A DNA stretch of 64,000 nucleotides from Haliotis cracherodii (lineage: Eukaryota): assembly GCF_022045235.1 (NCBI RefSeq), contig NW_027266276.1:15500001-15564000 (forward strand). Direction: 5' to 3'. Position 1 is the stretch's first letter. The number at the start of each line of letters is the position of its first letter. This document shows, piece by piece, positions 1-13,900 of this stretch. Made by a program: the position numbers and the translations under genes. Below the pieces are notes generated by a model. That model saw only the letters and a program-made list of their open reading frames with translations, was not told the origin of the DNA and ran no database searches.

Positions 1-90
1 TGACCACCTGATCCCGTTAATCGCCTTTTACGACAAGCATAGTCGCCTTTTACGGCAATCATGGGTTGCTGAAGACCTATTCTACCCCGG
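1..90 (-). mobile_element. SINE family A (non-tRNA head), partial, runs off window start
   Basis: Reverse complement matches the head of the copy at 47248 (GGTCTTCAGCAACCCATG...GTCGTAAAAGGCGA.TAACGGGATC). Confidence 0.85.
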
Positions 91-3000
91 TATGCAAACA
101 AGTGTAAAAAGAAATATATGTATATATTCCAAGAAGCACTTCCACACACTGTGCCGGACATTAATGAGAAACAAGTTGATAGAGATGCATGCAGTAAAAG
201 TGTGTAAGGTTACCGTGCACAAGAGCTCGTAATTGACCCAGCTGTTGGTCATAAACATAGATATGCTAGGTTGTGTTCTGGTGAATGTTTTTGTTTTAGA
301 TGCTGGAAACATGGTTCAAGCATGTTTCCACGCGTGTTGTGGCATGTGGTCCTGTGCACAGTGCACAGCGCACAGGTAACAAAATCAGGTGAAGCTAAGC
401 AACATCACGGAGTGTCCTTCGATGTGTGGCCGCATTTCAGAAGCTTGGCTCCTGAGAGTTTCTAGAGCTTCAGTCCTACCCCACACTGTAGCACATGTAA
501 AATGTGATGTATCCTTGGCAAGTGACTTTGTTTGAAATGTGCCTCTGTTTACCCAACAGTGAATGGGTACCCGATAGGATGAGATGGCATTGATGGGAGC
601 TGAGAATGATTCCTGAATGCACATTGATCCACAAGCTCCTTCCCAGCGCGTGACACCTTCGTTACACTCTCGGTAACATCGCTGCCACCAGTGTGGGCGC
701 GGCCATTTCAAGAATCTTGAAATTTGCCCTCCAACCCCATATGTAGTAACGTTTATACTTTTGTTTATGTCTTTGGGAATGCCATCATATTTCAATTTGA
801 AAAGGTTTACGACTGACCATGTTTTCCAGACAAATTTACTTTGTTGTTTTGATAATCAGATTGGTTCGAGATTGCAGACTAACGGAAAATCAACCAACTT
901 CTTCCTTACATTCTTATTATATCAATAACACGATAGTTTTAATGAAACAGAAATTCAAACTGACAAACGAAGAAAGTAATTTAGCAGCGATAAGTGTATT
1001 CGGCGCACGACAGTCGACACTTGTTTGTAAACACAACGGTCATTCGGTTGCGAGTTCAACTCCAAGCATGGTTGTGGCCACCTATTCACAGTGGGGAGTT
1101 TTGACTGGTGGCAGCGATAGTATAGAGAGCTCCGGGAACGTACTATCGCTGTGAGGAGCTTGATTGATCCAGTGATATATATATAGCCTATTATAATTAG
1201 TATTTTTGAAGAAGTGCATAATGTGAAAAAAGGATAAGTTTAAATATTTGTCATTTCATTGCATCCTATCAACATGATCAACTAAAAATAACAATAATCG
1301 TTATCAGGGCCCCCAAAATAGTGATGCATCATTATTTTCATGGCACTATAGCCAAAAGCAATTGCTGAAGTATTGAGAGTGAGTATTAGGTCTACCATTG
1401 CTTTGATCAGACTTCAACTGCATGTGTGAGTTATCTTAGTTGTACGCCGCCTTTGACAGTATTCTAGTTATATCATGGCGTGTTAGTTTGATGTGTTGAT
1501 ATGAGAGGAAAACCTGAAGTAATCCACATCTCAGACGTTTAACACTTTGGTGAAACCACAAGCATGAGTATGGTCCTGACAAATCTAAAAACATAATGGG
1601 GCAAACTGGGATAGGAAACCCATGATCCTCTGTTTCTGGTGTGCCCTAAGGGCACAACTCGGCACACTGTATTGCCTTGCCTGGGACAAATGGGCCACCT
1701 TGAAGGCACAAAAGTCAAAAGGGAAATCGTCATTAACCACTTGATGAAACATATAAGCAGGTGGAGTAAGGGTTATATATTTTTTTTCTCAAATTGATTG
1801 TTAATGATCCATTGAGGATAGACAGATTTCCTTCATCTACAATTAAAGTCTATGTACCTGATAGTTGACATCTTCCTTTTTGTATAACAGGGCTCGGACT
1901 TCATCTGGGTCCCCATGGAAAATAGCCTGCACCAGAGGAGACTGCAACAAGAGGACCAGGATTATCTACTCCACTGACGACATCAACATATCACATGTCC
2001 ATCATTAGGGGTAACCATGAAGCAACAATGGGTCATGTGTCCTGTAAGACCTCAAACTATAAGTTGATATTCAGAGAAACTAGGTCACCATCATTTCGCA
2101 TCAATCCCATGTATGACTTTTCTAATATTTCAGAATATAACTTATCACGCCAAACGGTCTTGTTGATTCAGTTCTGCATGTCAGATGCTCAACATGATTA
2201 CAACAGATTCATCTTCATTGGCACTGGGTATCACTGAATGAATACAAGCCTCAACATGTATTTTTTCCAGCATATTTTAGTCTAAGTATATGGTCACACT
2301 TTTCTCCACATTTGCAAGGACTTACAGAAGTCTTCATGTGTAGGCTTGGAGAAATACACAAATACTTCTACAAGGAGTTTACATGGTTTATGTGACTTTG
2401 TGGGATTAAACCATGTTTACCAAACAAACAAAACTCTAAATTCAAGCAGTATCATGGACATGATCACAACATGTTCATGATATTGCTTGAATTTAGATTT
2501 TAGATAAATAATAAAGACAAAGCAATACAATTCAGTTCACATTCCTAGTAGTCTAGCACAGATACATTTGCACAGGGACATATCTTGGTTATCTCAGTTT
2601 TCTAGCTCAAGATCTGCAGCAAATGTTTGCTATCATTCCCAAATTGAAATCGAACATGTTTAGGTTATGATACATTTGCACATGTGACCAGTTTGATATC
2701 ATCATGATCATATTGCATTGAATTAAATGTTAGAACATGAGAACCTTGCATTCAAAACATTTGACCAAAAGATGTTTACCCAAATTTGCCCACCATTGGC
2801 ACGTAGTTGAAAATCTAATCTGCGTTGTCACTACCAGACATAATGCACAAAACTGTGCTTGGTATTTATGTCCCCACCTGTAATGATCCCTACCACTGCG
2901 AGGAACAACCACAACAATGCCTAACAACAGTGGTTCACTGGATACAGGAAAACATTTGAATATGTTCAATGAGGAAGTTGTCATTGGTTCTGTAGATGTA

Positions 3001-3337
3001 TAAGCTACATGTATCCACACTCTGTGAGGCAAGGTTCATTGATTCATCTATATTTTTTTAGGGGAAATGAAAACAATTAAACATACAAAAATCACATGAA
3101 TTAGTTTTCTTAGAAAATGTCAGTGGAATGTGATTGTTAACATGCGATCTAATATTACATCTATTACATGTAGGCATTTATATTCACATCTTGCTTAAAT
3201 AAATGACAAAGGTTCAGAAACCTTTCCTTAAAGATGGCAATCTCAGGCATTATTCATTTTATAAATATCACCATAACTGTCATATATTCATTATTCTATT
3301 CTGTAGACCCCTAATATCTTTCAAATGTGTGCTTGTA

Positions 3338-3492
3338 AATCATCAATCCATGCAACTGGGATACGATGACATGCATGTCAGCAAGTCTAACCATCAACCA
3401 ATCCTGTTAGGTGCCTCTTACGACTAGAGTCCCTCTCCTCTTACGACAAACATGGGTTGCTGAAGACATATTCTAACCCGGATCTTCACGGG
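3338..3492 (-). mobile_element. SINE family A, 5' half
   Basis: Reverse complement begins CCCGTGAAGATCCGGGTTAGAATATGTCTTCAGCAACCCATG. Confidence 0.85.
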
Positions 3493-6433
3493 TTCAAACA
3501 CTTGCATAGAATAAGGTTGACATTGTCCCCAGGTTTCAATGTTTTGGCAGAATACCCTAATCGAACTTTATGTTACCAGTCACCATACAAAGTACTTTTG
3601 ACATCAGATTTGACAAGTATCATAGTTGTTGTCAAGAGTTTAATCTTCAAAATACACTCACTTCTCACAGGTTATCAGTAATTACTAACAATTACTTATT
3701 TAACCATGGACAACATTTTCTGCACTCCAGGCATTTCCACTTCTCAGTAGCTACTCATCTAGTTTTACCTGATGGAATTAAATTACCCATCTAAATTGCT
3801 CAATCTTCTCTAAATTACATACACCGTACTTTCAGCTTAGTTGCTTTAGATGTTGTTTTACACTGCTATCAATAATATCCCATCTATATCACGGTACCTG
3901 TCAATACTTAAGTCTGGACCAGATACATGTATTAGGAGCAACATGCCAACTGTTTGGGTACGATGACACACAACCAACAAAGAAACCAAACTTGAACATC
4001 TGATCAAATAAGATGAATAATAGTGAACAGTTTTACAGTTATATCAATGTGTGTCAGCTTAATGTAATAGGAAAGCCTTAAGTAGGTCTTCGACATTTAC
4101 CACTTAGAAGAAACACGCAAGCACGGGTATGGTGCAGACAAAGCTAAGAAACATGATGAATTATAGAGCATGTAGGACTCTCCTTAGCCAGGTCACCACA
4201 CTTCTAAAGAAATACTGTAAAAGTATTTGTTATTATTAAATCCTTATCACATTCATTAACTTATGACTCAACCTTATTTTTCTGAACAGCAATTGAACAT
4301 AAAGTTCACTAAGTCTTTACTTGATGGGTGGGGCTGTTATTACCTATCACATAGAGCTAAAATATTGACATGAATTTTGTTTATAACAAAACGAAATCTT
4401 TCACATACAGCATAAAAATAAGCACTTAATGGTAAAATAACGACCCATACGATTTGGATGAACACAAGGCCAGATATGTTCTACATTCAGTGTAAGATAC
4501 ACAATGCTACGAAACTGTCAAAAGAGTCGAAAGAGTCAAATGACAGTTGTAATAAACATGGTTTCAATAATTTCATATGTTTATAAATATGGGAAATAAC
4601 TATCTACACAAATAACATTTACATCGGAAGTGCCACGAGTCACCGTTCCGGCATGTGGCATAAGGTTAGAGCAATAAAGTCGACCTACAAGTTGAAGCAG
4701 ACAGCTTAGTCACGGCGATATGCGTATCGAACTGCATCATGGCCTCAAAAGTTTCAATCCTAGCACACAGAGTGTTGCAAACAAACCTCTTCCTCCAGTT
4801 GCTGGACAACTAGACTGCCCAGTTTCATGACAGTTCAAAAAGTGTCAATTAATCCCTACAATACATGAAGAACCTCTACAGGAGTTGCATTTTACAGGAA
4901 GCAGTACACCACTTTGCCGCCATGACAGAACTTCTCCAACATTTTGATTGGTTACTTTTGACATGTGACCACATTCTACTTCCGCCACTACAAGTCGTGT
5001 GAAGGCATGTTTGGGATGGTATTTAAATGCCTTTAACAGTAAACCCATCCTCTCCAAATTTAGATCGGCGTTTTCAGTTTGTTTTCCTTTCATACAACCA
5101 CAGCAGCGGGGTTTTCTTATGATCATTATTATTTTTGGACTGGTTCTATACAGGAAGACCTCTCTAATTACTGTCCAACCCAGGCTTCAACTAAAATATA
5201 TTTTATGCACTTCCCTGAATTGTCTGCTCAGATTTACAAACCTGTAATTTAATATTTACGGTTTACTGTCTTCTCCCGTGAAATCTGAAAACAAATAATG
5301 CTTTGTGTAACAAAGTAGATACAATAATTTACCAAACTGGGTCTTCTGGAAAAAATGAAGGAGGAAAACACAGTTGCGATCTCCCTGTGATTTTTGCAAC
5401 ATTGCCGCAAAGGTAAATAAATGACACCGGGTTACCCGCTAAACAAATACATCATGTCGGCTGATACATGGTAGCCTCATGTCTGCTCCGGTAACAAAGA
5501 AGTGCAAACAAGTCGCATCAGCGTTAAGCGAATTAGTAAACTTTGCTGACATGCTCAGTGGGCAGCATAATATGTAACTTGCAATTGCCATAATAAAGTG
5601 TGGAAAAATACATAATAAAGTGTATTTACACCAAGGACCACACACACAATTAAAAACGTTTTCTTTGACTTTTATGTTGGTACGACGAATACGCTGAACC
5701 GGATTTTTCGGACGGTGCCGTTCCTAACGAAATATACACATGGGAATGGACGTTCCCAAAGGTAACATATTCGCAAAACCACAATATCAGTGCTGCAAGA
5801 CATCCACGCCACAGACACGCACGTTTTCCGTAGATTACTTATGATTTAATTTATACTTTTGGTTGCTTATAGATACCAAGTGTAAACGTACTACAACACA
5901 ATTCAATTCACAACAAACTCATTTGGTGATGTTCAACTAAATGTAAACGACCGCCAACTATACAAATAACCTCCGGTATACTGTTCGTGTATAACGCTTG
6001 GAAACAAAACAAATGTTGTTTATGTTTAGTAACCATAACGTTATTGTGTTAACTACGTAAAGCCCAAAGCTATATTTTAAACAGCCTTAGGGCAATATTT
6101 AGGCAGTGGCAAATAAGTAAACAAATTTACTATTGAATGAAGGATTTACCAGAAAACTCGGCTCAGAGTTTGGGTGATACAAATGACGTCTTGCACTGCC
6201 ACTTTTTATACAAGTAGATGTAGCTAGGTTACCTTGAATATGAATGTACCATAAATCCTTGATAAAATGTCTGAATTTGAAAAAGCGCATGTGGAAGCAC
6301 TTAAATGGAAGAACATGATTACATAACATTAAAGGTATATTATTTCACGAAAAATATATTATCAACATATTCACAAATATACACATTTTAAGGAAGCAGT
6401 ATGACTGACAGGAATAAGGTTTTTAACGCTATA

Positions 6434-7350
6434 TTGACATCACTACAACGAGGAGCATCATCGGCAAGCTATGACAATGCGACGTCACTACAACGAGGAG
6501 CATCATCGACAGGGTATGACATTGCGACGTCACTACAGCAAGGAGCATCATCGACAGGGTATGACATTGCGACGTCACTACAGCAAGGACCATCATCGAC
6601 AGGGTATGACATTGCGACGTCACTATAGCAAGGAGCATCATCGGCAAGCTATGACAATGCGACGTCACTACAACGAGGAGCATCATCGACAGGGTATGAC
6701 ATTGCGACATCACTACAGCAAGGAGCATCATCGACAGGATATGACATTGCGACGTCACTACAACGAGGAGCATCACCGACAGGGTATGACATTGCGGCGT
6801 CACTACAGCAAGGAGCATCATCGACAGGGTATGACAATGCGACGTCACTACAACGAGGAGCATCACCGACAGGGTATGACATTGCGGCGTCACTACAGCA
6901 AGGAGCATCATCGACAGGGTATGACATTGCGACGTCACCACGAGAAGCATCACCGACAGGGTATGACACTGCGGCGTCACTACAGCAAGGAGCATCATCG
7001 ACAGGGTATGACATTGCGACGTCACTACAGCAAGGAGCATCATCGACAGGATATAGACATTGCGACGTCACTACAACGAGGAGCATCATCGACAGGACAT
7101 AGACATTGCGACGTCACTACAACGAGGAGCATCACCGACAGGATATGACATTGCAACGTCACTACAACGAGAAGCATCACTGACAGGGTATGACATTGCG
7201 ACGTCACTACAGCAAGGAGCATCATCGACAGGGTGAGACATTAATGCGACGTCACTACAACGAGAAGCATCACCGACAGGGTATGACATTGTGACGTCAC
7301 TACAACGAGGAGCATCATCGACAGCATATGACATTACGATCTCATCACAA
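6434..7350. repeat. 45-bp minisatellite, ~21 copies
   Basis: Unit GACATTGCGACGTCACTACAGCAAGGAGCATCATCGACAGGGTAT; explains the 15-aa periodic ORFs. Confidence 0.95.
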
Positions 7351-7900
7351 AGTGCGGCACCATGGACAGTGTATGACATAACGACTTCAGCATAGTATAG
7401 TGCAGGTGGACAGGATATGACATTATGACAATATCATTAGCGCGGAAATGATGGACATACAGGTTCTGATATTTTCACACATTATGGAGTTGTATGACAT
7501 AATTAATACATTATATATACGTGAGACTTGTGTGACATGATATGGCTTGTATATAAGGAACTTGCATATCTGAAAATAATGAAATCAGGGCCACACAAGA
7601 GCCTTTAAGGAATAGAGTCATGCTGCTAAAACATGATATGATTAAACAAATACATTCAGTAACTGTTTTTCGTTATATGGTCCCAAAACAGTAATGAAGT
7701 TAATTTTATGAGGACTGTCATTGGTTGATTTAAGATTACACGTAGTCATATGAGCTTTTTGGAAGAAAAAAAAAAGTCAAATATATACTTATTTCCTATC
7801 GGATTCAAATAAATCCATGCTTTCGATTACCTCCCTTGGAAACATGTGCTCACCTTGCATTCGGCCTTGATCAAGGTGAAGGTCGATATACAGCGCCAAA

Positions 7901-7970
7901 ATGGCCGAAGGAGCAGCAGCAGTGACTTGGTCGATTTCTAAAGACGATTATGAGCTCTTGGACGTAATAG
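7901..7970 (+). CDS. OXSR1: OSR1/SPAK exon 1 ([24 protein letters not shown])
   Basis: ATG in CAAAATGG context; WSIxxDDYEL motif; donor GTAAAG. Confidence 0.9.
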
Positions 7971-10900
7971 GTAAAGTGTGGATTAAGCATGTGTCATGTC
8001 AGAATCAAAACACAATCATACTGTCTGAGATTTGGTTTAAGGCAGCATCTATGCCACATACTGACAGCAGGATTCTGTGACATGCTAATGATGTCACTCG
8101 GGTTGTTTTTAATTGCCTGTCATTCAAACTCAGTGTTTGTCATGTAATTTGCTAACATGTCCTCCGGACAAGTCTTTAACTATGTTGGAATGCGTAAATA
8201 CCATGTCTGTCACTTACGAAGTTGATTTCTTTTGTAAGCACGAATGTTTGGCACATGTTTTTGATTCAAATTGTGTAGTTCTTGTATCACTTCCTGTCCC
8301 CGTGTTCACACCGACCTCGCCAGCTAAACCCATGGCATGAAGTCAAGGTTACGCACGTCTTGTGAACGAGAGCTCTACAGAGTGGCACATATGGCAATGT
8401 TGTAGCATTTGTCTGAGATATTTGTCCTCAAATCTACATATATAGTTATAGTGACCTTGACAAAACATGTAACACGTACCCAGATAATTTAAGTGAAATG
8501 AAAATGATGAATTGTTATGTACATGGCAAATGGAATATTTTATTCTGAAATATATAGATTGATGGCATATGGGTACTTGGAGATTCAAAAGGACTACTCT
8601 CTCTCATAAATATGCTACATGATACTCAGGTACTTGTGGTACAATTCTTTAATGATCATTTGGGATATACAACAATCTTGCAAAAGTTCTTTTGTTCATG
8701 TTGTTCCAGAAAAACTTAGCTAATAATACTCCATGTTTTTAAGTACTGCAAGAAGGAAAACTGCAGTTTACTGGGTGCAGCTTATAACACAATTTGGCTC
8801 CGACTGCTAAATAAATCTCTCGCTTCACTGATCTTGTGTGCTTTTGACCCATGCCCTAAAAGGGTTAGTTGTGTTAAGGTTAGGGTAGGTTTTCCCCCAA
8901 ATCTATCCTCAGCCCAAGATCCCCTTACAAATCATTAGGATTAGATAACCCTTTCTAATCAAACACCACTTTATGATCCTTGTTAAGGTACCCCTTTACA
9001 ATCCTTAGGGATATTTGTGAGTTGGATTGCTATCTCATCTTTTTCACAAATGTTCCTACATGTTGAGGAAAATCTGTACAATTTTCAACATGAAAAGTAT
9101 TTACCTAGTAGTTTCAGAGCCAAAACAATACAAATGTCACAAGTAACTTATTTATTAAATCTGTTAATATTTTTCACATTTACCGAGAGTTCTATTTCTA
9201 TAATAAAAACACCATGGCTTTTGTCTCTTGCAATTTGACGTCACTGGTGCCAAGTGATAAAGGAATTATGTCATGAGACTTTATTAGACCCGTTTCACAT
9301 GGTGTAGGTACAGGTGTGTGCTTCTAGCTTATCAGATGCGCAGACTACAATTTTGTTTGGTGCCCCGCTGTTCAAAATACAACGCTAAGCTCAATGACTC
9401 TAAATACAATTATTTCGTTTTCCAAAAGCGTGACTGAGATGACAATAAACTGGTACTTGTTATCTTTTGCGTTGTGACTAGACAGTTAACATGGTTAAAT
9501 TGGCACCAATTTACTTCATAATCTAAGGGGGATAACTCAGGCCTTTTTTGCTTGGAAAACGAAGGCCTCATAACATCATAACATTTTCACACTTATTGTT
9601 AGCTTCCTCCTGTCACTGTGAGAAAAATGAGTGTATATTTTCAAACAGAACTCTGCTTAGAGAATATATATAATAAATTTCTCAGCTATCGCTCATTGTA
9701 ACTTATATATGTATTTGTGATATAAATGGCCTTTGTCACATTTCTGTTGTTGACAGACAAATTTTGACCTTAAAATTTGGTCCTGAGTCTCCAGGCCTCG
9801 GAAAAAGATAGACCCAGGTAAATGCCCCATCACTGAAGGACCAGGGACAGAAACCTCAGCAAAGCTTTAAATAGGGCAATGATGTTAGCCTCATCCTTAG
9901 ATTCAACAGATCAATAACTACCTGTATCATGTGGATGTGATGATCTTAGACAGGTTGAGTGACTCTTCTTCCAGGTGCTGGAGCCACAGCAGTTGTGCAG
10001 GCTGCCATGTGTAAACCAAGACAGGAGAAGGTGGCCATCAAGAGAATCAACCTCGAAAAATGCAACACAACAGTAGAAGAACTTCTGGTAAAAGTTTGCT
10101 CTTCTCTTGAGTGATAAACATTAAGGCTGTGTACCATGTGTACCAGCAAACAAATTGTTTTGCAATGTATTCTGATACATTTATCTGTACTGTGATGTGT
10201 ATTGTGATATATTGGGAACTGAAGTGTTTGATGGTGATAGACACTGATTGTGCATGCAGATCCTATTCTCTACATCATGTACATACTGAAGTAAATAAGA
10301 CTCAGAATGGTCATTCATCGCTCGCATCATATAACTGGAATATTGCTGAGTGCTGCGTTAAACAACAATGAAACAAACTTTCATCGCTAATTTGTAGTCA
10401 TGGACACGGGATACATGAGAGCGAACACTTCCACCTTTCCACCATTTTTCAATCAATTTCATTTGTGTTGTCACTAACATCGGGTAAAACCACCTCTGTT
10501 AGCCAGACATGCACGAATCCCTCGAATCGTTGACCTGTGACTCTGCCATAGACAATATCGAGTCCAGTTTGGTTAGTCATTGTGATACCAAAATGGACCC
10601 ATGCTGTAAGATGTTAGATGTCCATAAAACACTCGTTAGAATGGCTCCAAACTCAATTCATTTGGTCATTGAAGTCGAGAGTGAACTTCATTTGTCTGAG
10701 TGGTTGTTTGCAACCTATTTCTTAATTTCATCGTTCTGACTAATCTGTCCTGGGCTGGAGTTATTGCCCTTTGGCATCCGGAGTGGGTCATCCATCAACA
10801 TCATGTGTTTGACCCAGATTGAGAAGCATGCAGCTTTTGGGCAACCATATTTTGACTTAAGTTGACCTGCAACATATATTATGCACTCATTGGTAGTCCA

Positions 10901-13900
10901 ACGATAGTCAAGTACTGTATTCATGTACTTTAGTCATCAAGGAATACATTTATGTAGGTGGGTCATTTCCCAGGTTGATTGTACACAGCTGTTTGTTTTT
11001 AGTTTACTTGTTTAAACAAACAAACAAAAAACAACACCCACTCGCACTATATTTTCAAAAGCCTTTGCCTGAGAACCAATTCTTTTTCTTCTTCTTTTTG
11101 GCGTAATAGGGTTTTAATATGTGATTGTCATGATGCAACTTCATGATATGTGGTGACCGCAAAACCTAGAATTTGGTAAAAATGACAACTTGATCACTTC
11201 TGGACATGAAAGAGAGCTGTAGGTGTTGACTGACATGAGGATCTTATGGTTGTGATCTGACTGATTATATGTCACTGCCTCCTGAGGATTGTTGCTCATA
11301 CTAGCAACATTTTCTCTGTTGTGAATAGCTGTTGTTTGATGGTTGACTGTTAGGGAGTAGTGTGCTTTACTGGGTGCACTTTTTCAGAACCAATTAGCGC
11401 TGTGGGGGCTCGAACGCCCTTCACCGGCTCACCGGCTTGGCTAATTAGTGTGTTAATTGGCTGACGTTCTACCACTGGACCACAAGCGCTATCACATGTA
11501 ATCAGTGCTCGTTCAACACACACGTGCGCAATTAAGTAAAAAATGACTTGTGCATGCGTGTGATGTCACGGTCAGCCCTCCCATTAATCTTTTATTGAAA
11601 CCACACCTGCCATTGTTCATGTTAACATGACCGACCAATCAGATTAACCGGATTAATGCTTGAAAAGGTAAGAATTTATGGCCTACCCTTGCCCTAAGCA
11701 AGCTAACCCTAAGGACCGAAAAGGGATGTTAGATTGTAAAGATCTGTAAGTCTCCCTATGACCGAAAAGGGGGGTTGGGTCATAACGACGTGTAAGTGTT
11801 CCCATGACGGAAAAGGGGGTTGGATCGTAAAGATGTGTAAGTGTCCCTATGACTGCAAAGGGGGGTTGGATCGTAAAGACGTGTAAGTTTCCCTATGACT
11901 GAAAAGGGGGGTTGGGTCGTAACGACTTGTAAGTGAACCCATGACGGAAAAGGGGGTTGGATCGTAAATATGTGTAAGTGTCCCTATGACTGAAAAGTGG
12001 GGTTTGATCGTAAAGACGTGTAAGTTTCCCTATGACCGAAAAGGGGGGTTGGATCGTGAAGCGAGAGTCACTGTAGCGTGAGCCACGGTAACGGTATAGC
12101 GATACAAAGGTCGCGCGATAGCGCAGTAATTGAGCAAGATGGTACAGCTCGGCCTGAGTCCAGTAAACGGCATTGTGCCGACTGTTAAAAAACAACATTC
12201 ATTCATTTACAGAAAATATCCCGACAACAGTCTGTTCAAACATTAAAAAGTTTTCTGAAACATCAACTAAATCCCACTGCATGCTGAGTGTCAAGATTTG
12301 ATCACACCAAGAAAATATGGACTGCTTGCAGGGTTAGAACTAGTGACAATTTCTACTGCTGTTTAACATTACAAGGACATTTCATCTTTCCCTGGGCTAG
12401 TACAGCTTTTGAGTTTAGAACGAACCCTGGCTTGCCTACAAAACGTCTGAAAAATTGGTGTCATATCAGTTGTTTCTTGTCCGCCTTTTTTAGGCATTTA
12501 ATGTGATTTGTTGGTTGTTTGCAGAAGGAGATTCGGGCCATGAGCCAGTGCAAGCACGAGAACGTGGTGGGATACTACACATCGTTCGTTGTCAAGGAGG
12601 AGCTGTGGGTCGTCATGAAGCTGTGCAGTGGAGGTCAGTTTGTAGTGTTGAGAATTTCTTATATACAGTATACCATGTATACTATGGTTATAAGAAACTG
12701 AAATTGTAGTCCGTTATAACTGTAGTTTGTTATAAACATATATGAACCAGGAGATACAGGAAATGGCCGGGACACCAAAACCAGTTCGTTATATCCCCGT
12801 TTATTGTAAGCATGTTCATTATAAATGTTCTTTATTGTAATTCAGCGACCCAAGCTTGCCATAAGAGGCAACTATGCTTGTCGTAAGAGGCGACTAACAG
12901 GATAGGGTGGTCAGGCTCGCGGACTTGGTTGATGCATGTCATCAATCCTAATTGCATTGATCGATGCTCATGATATTAAGCACTTGATTGTCTGATCCAG
13001 ACTCGATTATTTACAGACCGCCGTCATAAAGCTTGAATATTGCTGAGTGCGTCATTAAACAACAAACAAACCAACCAACTTTATTGTAATTCAAAGTAAA
13101 CCCTTTTGAAACATTTTGTGCCCACTACCTCTTTAAAAATTTGTTTGATTTATTTGAAAATTGAATATTTTTGGTGTCAGGGTCTTGTGTGTGTTTTCTG
13201 TTAGTCTGAGGAGAGTTTCATAACATTTTCCTTTCTCTGCAGACCAATTGTTTCATTTTAAAGTATTGGTTCCTGCTGTATTGAGTTATTGTTGTAGCTG
13301 TGTACATTATCTAACTGTTTAATTATCATGTTCATATGTAACATGTGAGAGAACTACCAACACCTCAGCTAGTCTGTTCATGAGTAGGGGTGGTCGGGTA
13401 GCCTAGCGGTTAAAGCGTTCGCTTGTCACGCCGCAGACCCGGGTTCGATTCTCCAAATGGGTACAACGTGTGAAGCCCATTTCCAGTGTCCCCCGCCGTG
13501 ATATTGCTGGAATATTGCTAAAAGCGTTGTAAAACCATACCCACTCACTATTCATGAGTATCTTCATACCGCTGCAGGCTCTATGCTGGATGTGATCAAG
13601 GCCCGAATGAGGACTGGGCAGTTCAAGAATGGTGTCCTTGACGAGGGCGTCATAGCAACAGTTCTAAAAGAGGTCCTGAAGGGCTTGGAGTATTTCCACA
13701 ACAATGGGCAGATACACAGGTACCAGATGTGGCTGCCAGTGATGGTATTGTCATCAGCGCAAGCTTCTGTAATGTCTAAGACACTAACATGGGCATGCTG
13801 TAACTCCAGGGGCGTGCTGACCAACTGTAACATGTGCAATATGAAGTAACATGTGTTTGCCCCCTTCCATGATTTTGGGGGGATCTATCCAATTCTTTGT

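Noticed and set aside
300-795. - strand Cys-rich stretch (CALC...EPCFQH) resembling a piggyBac C-terminus, and the 136-aa ORF
   Set aside because: No catalytic-domain motifs or TTAA/TIR ends recognised; similarity too weak without a search
1891-2010. Exon-like segment with a good acceptor and a possible donor
   Set aside because: The frames examined close quickly and give no recognisable protein; no partner exons found
4600-5450. Possible - strand exons or ORF upstream of the kinase
   Set aside because: No recognisable domain and no consistent splice model
6401-7379. Multiple 60-225-aa ORFs on both strands
   Set aside because: Artefacts of a 45-bp repeat whose unit length is a multiple of 3
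9946-10149. - strand ORF overlapping kinase exon 2
   Set aside because: Antisense shadow of the real exon
10520-10870. - strand GQLKSKYG...IWVKHMM..DDP, faintly like a transposon-associated protein
   Set aside because: Too degraded to assign by eye
13387-13460. Functional tRNA genes at SINE heads (also 18421, 19914, 63765)
   Set aside because: Imperfect cloverleafs continuous with SINE bodies or repeat units; the SINE copies are TSD-flanked
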